Positions 58,776 through 64,000 of a stretch of 64,000 nucleotides of DNA are shown piece by piece. Position 1 is the first letter of the stretch. Each line of letters opens with the position of its first letter. Source of the DNA: Candidatus Omnitrophota bacterium (lineage in GTDB: Bacteria > Omnitrophota > Gorgyraeia > 2-01-FULL-45-10); assembly GCA_028699255.1 (NCBI GenBank), contig JAQVUX010000007.1, positions 24,670 through 88,669 on the forward strand, in the 5' to 3' direction. The notes beneath the pieces are model-generated. The model did no database searches. It was not told the DNA's origin and saw only the letters and a list, made by a program, of their open reading frames with translations. Position numbers and translations under genes: made by a program.

Positions 58776-59017
58776 CTGAAAATTTACGAAGTAAATTTTC
58801 GCTCCGAAGCCTGCTGGAAAATTATCGAAGAGAATTTTCCAGCGCTTAGGCGAGGAGCAAAAACATTACTACCTTTGATTTGCGCCTGCAATGCTTATGC
58901 GAGGGGCAACTTCCCCAAAAGCGCCAAGAATTTTCCAGCGCTTAGACTAGATGCGAATTATAACCATGAGAATTATATCAAATTTTGCAACGTGTGTAAA
59001 TGGAAGGTTTAGTGGGT

Positions 59018-59257
59018 TCATTCATGATGTCCGCCTTCATCTCCGAATGAAGGCTCATCGGTATGGCTGTAGGAAGGCTCGAAACTTTCATTGTCATCGG
59101 ACGGGCGCTCACCTTCCGCGCTCGCCCAGCTCGGCATGGCTTCAGGAATGTTTCCAGTGGCGACCTGCTGAACATTATCCTCACCGGTATTCTTGGCTTC
59201 ATCGGCATAGATATTGATAGCTAACAGCAAACAGATAATCGTCAATAATAGCTTCAT
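59018..59257 (-). CDS. small secreted acidic protein
   Basis: 79 aa; signal peptide 'MKLLLTIICLLLAINIYA'; Asp/Glu-rich; GGAG RBS. Confidence 0.5.
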   Translation of the reverse strand: MKLLLTIICLLLAINIYADEAKNTGEDNVQQVATGNIPEAMPSWASAEGERPSDDNESFEPSYSHTDEPSFGDEGGHHE

Positions 59258-59422
59258 CTTATTTCTTCTCCGGCGGCGTTACTTTATAAGCCGCTTCATT
59301 ACGAGATGGCTTCGATTATGCCTTTTTCTTAAAAGCACTGCTTATAAGGATGCCCAGCGAGGCGAAGATGATATCTATTATGGACAATATAATACCTATC
59401 CCCGATTAATTTGATTAACTGA

Positions 59423-60394
59423 TTACAAGTTATCGCAAACACTTTTCCAGTCATCTTCTTTCCATAGGAGATTGCCTGTATTAAATAGATACCCTTTATC
59501 GTGTGAAAATTCACCGATCCCTTCAAACTGAACTTTCCCTTTATCCGGCAATTCTTCTTTGGTTTTTACTGTATCGAGATCACCGGGATTTATCGGGCCG
59601 TTCCATTGGTGAATTTTGAAATGCATCCTGCCCTTGCTTCCTGAATATGACAGGTTTGAATATTTATCTGTCTTACGCACAAACCCGCATATATAAGCAG
59701 GGATAGGCTTGAAAACAGGTAATTTATCATATATGATGCCCGATTCTTCTTTGGTAAGGCTTCCCATATCTTCACCACGCTTGAGAACTTTATCTTTAAA
59801 CACGCTTATTTTTTTGAAGAAAGCAAGTAAGTGATCTCTCCCGGCGCCTACTTTGACAAGAACGTGAATATCAGAGTGATTAAATTGATCGCCGGGTATA
59901 TCCATCCAAATACCGTTCCATTTTGTAGTCTTCACAGCTATATTAAGCCGGGGAGTATGGGCCTGTCCGCCTGCTCTTTTTACCTTGTGAATATCCATAG
60001 GCAGATATTCTTCTAACTTACCGACTTCGTGTCCAAGTTCAGCATCAATATTGCATTTCTTTTTTAGAAAAAGAACGAAGGCGTATTCTCCGAGATATCC
60101 CCTTGTCATATCCGCCCATAACTGGCCCAAATCTCTTTGCCTGCTACTTCCATAATCAGTCGGAGCAGTCGTGCCTAAAATTTTAAGCGCATCTATGCAC
60201 ATTCTTGCATAACCATCTTCGTCGATCATAACGCAATTAGGCAGAAATCTTTCATTGAGCCATTGCTCTGCGGTAAAAGTCTCGGTAATCTCACTGCCAA
60301 ATTCAGCTTTTTGCAAAATCTTCAATGCATCATCACTGTCAACGCCGAGCCGAGCTTCGATGGTCTTTAATATATCGGCTAATGCCATACTCAT
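59423..60394 (-). CDS. putative type II restriction endonuclease
   Basis: 323 aa with no recognisable family motif; 4-nt overlap with the upstream C5-cytosine methyltransferase gene. Confidence 0.45.
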   Translation of the reverse strand: MSMALADILKTIEARLGVDSDDALKILQKAEFGSEITETFTAEQWLNERFLPNCVMIDEDGYARMCIDALKILGTTAPTDYGSSRQRDLGQLWADMTRGYLGEYAFVLFLKKKCNIDAELGHEVGKLEEYLPMDIHKVKRAGGQAHTPRLNIAVKTTKWNGIWMDIPGDQFNHSDIHVLVKVGAGRDHLLAFFKKISVFKDKVLKRGEDMGSLTKEESGIIYDKLPVFKPIPAYICGFVRKTDKYSNLSYSGSKGRMHFKIHQWNGPINPGDLDTVKTKEELPDKGKVQFEGIGEFSHDKGYLFNTGNLLWKEDDWKSVCDNL

Positions 60395-61515
60395 ACCGCT
60401 ACTTTCTGCAAAAGTTCCTCTTCGAATAAGTCGGTCTCAATATTTATATTCGCTTTTACCGATGGATAATCAATCCCTGCGAATGTTTTTAATACAGCTT
60501 TGAATATTTCGACTGACATTTTTGGAGGCACCGCCATACCGATCTGGCGCCTGACGCTTTCCTTCGATCCTTCAAATATGAAATCATCCGGGAAGGATTG
60601 TATTCTTGCCCGCTCTCTGTTTGTTAATGCGCGGGGCTCGCTCCAATGATAGCCGTGCGTTCCGCCTCCTCCGCTACCTGTCAGGGTATATGAAGGTCTG
60701 TCGGGATGCAACCGACGGTAAATCTGACTCAATTTTGCGCCTTTTACATTCAATTTGAGATGATCCGGCAGGTTTGCAGTCCAGGCGTTTTGACCCGGCT
60801 TGGTATGTTTGAGGCGTTCGACTACGATGGCAGACTGCGTCGTCTTGTCACTATTTGGCGCATCCGGACTTATGGGAGGATTTTCGATCGCTTCACGCGC
60901 AGTGATATATTTTTGCACCGTTGTGGGCGCAGGCACTTTATAGACGAGACCGAGCCCTTTATCGATACCAACAATAATTATACGATGCCTGAATTGCGGT
61001 ACACCATACTCTTCGCATTTATATAGATGCGCTGTCAGATTATAGCCACGACCGGCCTCTTGCAGATCGTTAAGAATTTTTTTGAACGCGAGGCCATTAT
61101 TGGCGCTTGCTATACCTCCAACATTTTCCGCAATAAAAAATTCGGGCTTGGAATGATCCAGGATGGTAAGACCGTATGTGTATAGCGGACCAAACTCGCC
61201 CTGAAAACCCTTTTGTTTTCCTACAAGGCTGAAATCATTACATGGAAATCCATACGCAAAGGCATTAACTTTTGGAAGGGATAAAAGATCGAGCTCTCTC
61301 ACATCATCACATATTACTATTTCTGGCTTGTCAGGGTAGATATTCCGTCGGTACGTAGCGCAGGTATCTTCATCGTAGTCATTTGCCCACTTATGGGATA
61401 TGCTGTAAACGGCATCTTTAGTCTCAATCTTCGCTTGCGATGCCCCAAAAGCTAACCCGCCGGGCCCGCAAAACAATTCTCCGAGTTCAAATACCATATG
61501 TTTTTTATGCACCAT
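60391..61515 (-). CDS. dcm: DNA (cytosine-5)-methyltransferase
   Basis: Motif I 'FCGPGGL', motif IV 'GFPCNDFS', motif VI 'ENV', and C-terminal motifs. Confidence 0.85.
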   Translation of the reverse strand: MVHKKHMVFELGELFCGPGGLAFGASQAKIETKDAVYSISHKWANDYDEDTCATYRRNIYPDKPEIVICDDVRELDLLSLPKVNAFAYGFPCNDFSLVGKQKGFQGEFGPLYTYGLTILDHSKPEFFIAENVGGIASANNGLAFKKILNDLQEAGRGYNLTAHLYKCEEYGVPQFRHRIIIVGIDKGLGLVYKVPAPTTVQKYITAREAIENPPISPDAPNSDKTTQSAIVVERLKHTKPGQNAWTANLPDHLKLNVKGAKLSQIYRRLHPDRPSYTLTGSGGGGTHGYHWSEPRALTNRERARIQSFPDDFIFEGSKESVRRQIGMAVPPKMSVEIFKAVLKTFAGIDYPSVKANINIETDLFEEELLQKVAV

Positions 61516-61607
61516 ATACCTCTTATATATTTATATTATATCATCGGTAATGGACCGGAGCAAGACGAATGGCAGATATGAAAATAAAAACAGGTAATAA
61601 TAATTTG

Positions 61608-61844
61608 TTAGTAACTGAAAAGATCTTTGAGTGAGTAATTTTTTGCCGCGGCTCTATTTATCGCCCTTAGGATCTTGAGCTTGACATTAGGCGTCAACCG
61701 CCTGCCCTTGACAGCCCGCGAAACCATCTTATGCGTTATCTGCTCCGTCGAGGCGGCCACTATATCATGAGCTTTCAACTTATACTGCGCCATGATACCG
61801 GCCATAGGCTGTTCCCCCAACGCTCTTTCCATATTATTCGCCAT
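61608..61844 (-). CDS. small basic hypothetical protein (possible DNA-binding / R-M controller)
   Basis: 78 aa, upstream of the dcm gene on the same strand. Confidence 0.3.
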   Translation of the reverse strand: MANNMERALGEQPMAGIMAQYKLKAHDIVAASTEQITHKMVSRAVKGRRLTPNVKLKILRAINRAAAKNYSLKDLFSY

Positions 61845-61866
61845 CTCTACTATCTACTTACAGTCC

Positions 61867-62439
61867 CTAATATCGGCTGTTGTCTTTAAGCTGTTTTTCC
61901 AATTCTTCGACTTTTTTCTTCAATTCTATTATCCGTATTTCCCTGTCGGTCACGGCGGTAGTAAATATTTCCAACTGGTTTACCTTATCGCGTAATTCGT
62001 CCAATATCTTCTTGCGCTGGGCGATGTCCCTGCCGCTACCACACAGGCCTACTATTCTTCCGGAAGGATCTTTGAGCAGTGAACTGGCGAATTCATACAT
62101 GACGTAGGAGCCGTCCTTGGCGACAACCCGCGCTTCAACTTTCGCAAACCCCGCTGTCCATACTTTTGCAATGGCCGCGGCCAGGATATCTTTATCTTCC
62201 GGGGCAATAAAATCTACGGGGCTTTTTAAGGCTATTTCTTCATTACTGCAACCGGTTACCTTCACAAAAGCATCGTTCCATAATAAAAACCTGCCGGTTG
62301 AATCAATCACATAAACAGCGTCCTGCAAAGTATCCAATATACTCCTGTACAGCGCATTGGATTCTTTCAATAAATACACGGCCTCCTCGCGCACCAACAC
62401 ATTTTTCCCATTATTCGCGTGTTTATTTTGATTTGGCAC
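61867..62439 (-). CDS. PAS-domain protein with C-terminal coiled coil
   Basis: 190 aa; PAS fold ('DAVYVIDSTGRFLLWNDAF'), no output domain. Confidence 0.6.
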   Translation of the reverse strand: MPNQNKHANNGKNVLVREEAVYLLKESNALYRSILDTLQDAVYVIDSTGRFLLWNDAFVKVTGCSNEEIALKSPVDFIAPEDKDILAAAIAKVWTAGFAKVEARVVAKDGSYVMYEFASSLLKDPSGRIVGLCGSGRDIAQRKKILDELRDKVNQLEIFTTAVTDREIRIIELKKKVEELEKQLKDNSRY

Positions 62440-62482
62440 GGTTTCACCTCACTTGCGGTTATGTTCGCGTTTTCTCAGTAAG

Positions 62483-62950
62483 CTAACTTTCACACTTCAT
62501 CGGTAAATATGCCTGCCACTCGTCCGGATTGCCCGTTTTATACCATTTCTTATACGCGGCTATATAATAACATAACCCTTTTATGTTGCCGCCATTCCAT
62601 CGTGAACCATAAATCCAACCATCAGTAGCTGATGATAGGCAGTATGTAAACTCCCTTGAATTAGCGCTACTATAGATATCGACCCCCAAAATATCTCTAA
62701 TCTCCGAGGTAGAAACATCTCCGGCATTTGTGGGGACAGTCCACCATGTTGTCACAAAATATTTTCCATTGTTTATATAATACTTCTCCTGAGCAATCCT
62801 AAGAAGTATTATCGTTTCATACACATCTGTCAGCTTAGCTTTTATTATCATGCCCCGCATCATCGGGACTGCTACTGCGGCAAGGACGCCGATAATTACC
62901 ATGACCATTGTAAGTTCTACCAATGAAAAACCTTTTGAGATATGCCTCAT
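62483..62950 (-). CDS. type IV pilin-like protein (tandem paralog 1)
   Basis: 'MRHISKGFSLVELTMVMVIIG' leader with G/F site; C-terminal Cys pair. Confidence 0.75.
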   Translation of the reverse strand: MRHISKGFSLVELTMVMVIIGVLAAVAVPMMRGMIIKAKLTDVYETIILLRIAQEKYYINNGKYFVTTWWTVPTNAGDVSTSEIRDILGVDIYSSANSREFTYCLSSATDGWIYGSRWNGGNIKGLCYYIAAYKKWYKTGNPDEWQAYLPMKCES

Positions 62951-63014
62951 TCAAAAATCCTTTTATTATATTTAATCCTACAAATCATAATGTAGTCGCA
63001 TTCGACTAAACAAG

Positions 63015-63476
63015 CTAACTTTCACACTTCATCGGTAAATATGCCTGCCACTCATCTGGAGACCATGTTTTATACCATTTTTTATACATGGCTATATAAT
63101 GACATAATCCCCTTATATTACCCGCATTCCATTTAGCGCCGTAAATCCAGCCCTCAGTAGCTGAAGTGAGATAGTATGTAAACTCTAAATTGGCGTTAGC
63201 ATAAACATCTACTCCGAGATTATTCTTAATCTCCGCAGTCACGATATCTCCTGTCGCGGGATTTGTCCACCCTGTTGCCACAAAATATTTTCCACTATCT
63301 ATATAATACTTCTCTTGTGCGGTTTTGAGAGCTATCATTGTTGTATACATATCAGTCAGCTTAGCTTTTATCACTACTCCGCGCAACATCGGAACTGCTA
63401 TCGAGGAGAGTATCCCGATTATTACCACGACTACTAAAAGCTCTATCAGCGTAAAACCTTTTAGATCGCATCTCAT
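63015..63476 (-). CDS. type IV pilin-like protein (tandem paralog 2)
   Basis: 'MRCDLKGFTLIELLVVVVIIG'; highly similar to 62483..62950, including the 3' flank. Confidence 0.75.
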   Translation of the reverse strand: MRCDLKGFTLIELLVVVVIIGILSSIAVPMLRGVVIKAKLTDMYTTMIALKTAQEKYYIDSGKYFVATGWTNPATGDIVTAEIKNNLGVDVYANANLEFTYYLTSATEGWIYGAKWNAGNIRGLCHYIAMYKKWYKTWSPDEWQAYLPMKCES

Positions 63477-63537
63477 CCTAAAATCTCCACTAAGATAAAC
63501 TAATTTTCTTACCTGCCGCCAAGTTATTAATTTTATC

Positions 63538-64000
63538 TTATAATGCCTGTTTCAAAAAATATCCTTTGAGATATTCCGTTTCCGGGATGGCCCGCACGAT
63601 CGGGTGATCCTCGGCCTGATGACATCGCTTGAGTATGGTAAACTTCTTCCCCGCGGCGGACTCGGCGTCTTTAAGGACTTTCGCGAATTGCGCATTGGGC
63701 ATATTGTGTGAACAGGAGAACGTCGCCAGTATCCCACCGTCGGAGAGCGCCTTCATCGCGAGGACGTTGAGCTCGCGGTAGCCCCGCGACGCGCTCGCAA
63801 GCGACTGGCGGCTCTTTAAAAAAGAGGGTGGGTCGAGTATTATTATGTCGAATTTCTCTCCCGAGGCGTTAGCTTCTTTTAGGAAATTGAACGCGTCGGA
63901 TTTTTTAAACTCCGTCCTGTCGGAGACACCGTTTATCCCGGCATTTTCCCGGGCGAACGAAAGCCAGTCCTCTTTTATATCCACGCCGAGGACACTCTGC
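63538..64000 (-). CDS. class I SAM-dependent RNA methyltransferase (RlmI/RlmK-like), 5' portion outside the window
   Basis: 'FDIIILDPPSF' motif; reading frame continues past the window edge. Confidence 0.6.
   Translation of the reverse strand, partial: QSVLGVDIKEDWLSFARENAGINGVSDRTEFKKSDAFNFLKEANASGEKFDIIILDPPSFLKSRQSLASASRGYRELNVLAMKALSDGGILATFSCSHNMPNAQFAKVLKDAESAAGKKFTILKRCHQAEDHPIVRAIPETEYLKGYFLKQAL

Noticed and set aside
58338-58849. ORFs 58338..58562 (-) and 58382..58849 (+) with internally repeated peptide sequence
   Set aside because: They are translations of the tRNA-Thr gene ('AGVAQLVEQRFRKPQVDGSNP') and of the 165-bp tandem repeat. The repeat length is divisible by 3, which produces an artefactual 55-aa repeated peptide.
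58776-58950. Possible CRISPR array or other multi-copy repeat near tRNA-Thr
   Set aside because: Only two copies of a 165-bp unit plus isolated hairpins. There is no short repeat-spacer periodicity and no cas genes.

Overview
This looks like a 64-kb chromosomal window from an anaerobic bacterium, about 50% GC. It is densely coded, and nearly all genes sit on the minus strand. Main content, in coordinate order:

- 35-4811: a eukaryote-type hexokinase, greA, an RluA-family pseudouridine synthase, and pabB with a PabC-like gene.
- 4804-17238: a 17-gene minus-strand operon for a group-4 membrane-bound [NiFe] hydrogenase. It carries AsrA/AsrB-like (sulfhydrogenase beta/gamma-like) subunits at its 5' end, NuoH/B/C/D-like subunits, a complete MrpABCDEFG module, a TYKY-type ferredoxin and an HycI-type maturation protease.
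- 17288-25734: a glycan cluster (two GT2 enzymes, split transketolase, Zn-ribbon methyltransferase, epimerase, ArnT/PMT-like GT-C) that ends in a pilin gene followed by a 480-aa polytopic membrane protein.
- 25820-28800: pilC and pilB.
- 28851-33418: a NIL-ferredoxin, a COG2122/UPF0280 gene, hypE, hypD, hypC and a HypF reduced to its Kae1-like domain.
- 33463-35924: pdaD, speB and a short MetE-like methionine synthase.
- 35943-44814: cyclophilin, dCMP deaminase, glyA, rpiB, a Sua5-LMW-PTP fusion, and purE, purD, purM, purC, purB.
- 44908-49412: a BadF-type ATPase with a DUF2229-like partner, lgt, a second pilin and a paralogous membrane protein.
- 49538-52134 (plus strand): a homospermidine-synthase-like and decarboxylase pair.
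- 52202-52900: an initiator tRNA-fMet gene split in its anticodon loop by a 622-bp group-I-like intron that encodes a PD-(D/E)xK homing-endonuclease-like ORF.
- 52954-58227: ftsB, eno, purN, thioredoxin, a small Cys-rich ORF, an MFS transporter and a patatin-like lipoprotein.
- 58370-58775: tRNA-Thr(CGU), preceded by a perfect 165-bp tandem duplication.
- 59018-64000: a small secreted protein, a Dcm-type restriction-modification pair, a small ORF, a PAS protein, two tandem pilin paralogs and a partial RlmI-like gene.

The most notable items are the intron-containing tRNA-fMet, the AsrAB-Mbh-Mrp hydrogenase supercluster, the minimal HypF, and the pilin/GT-C modification cassettes.
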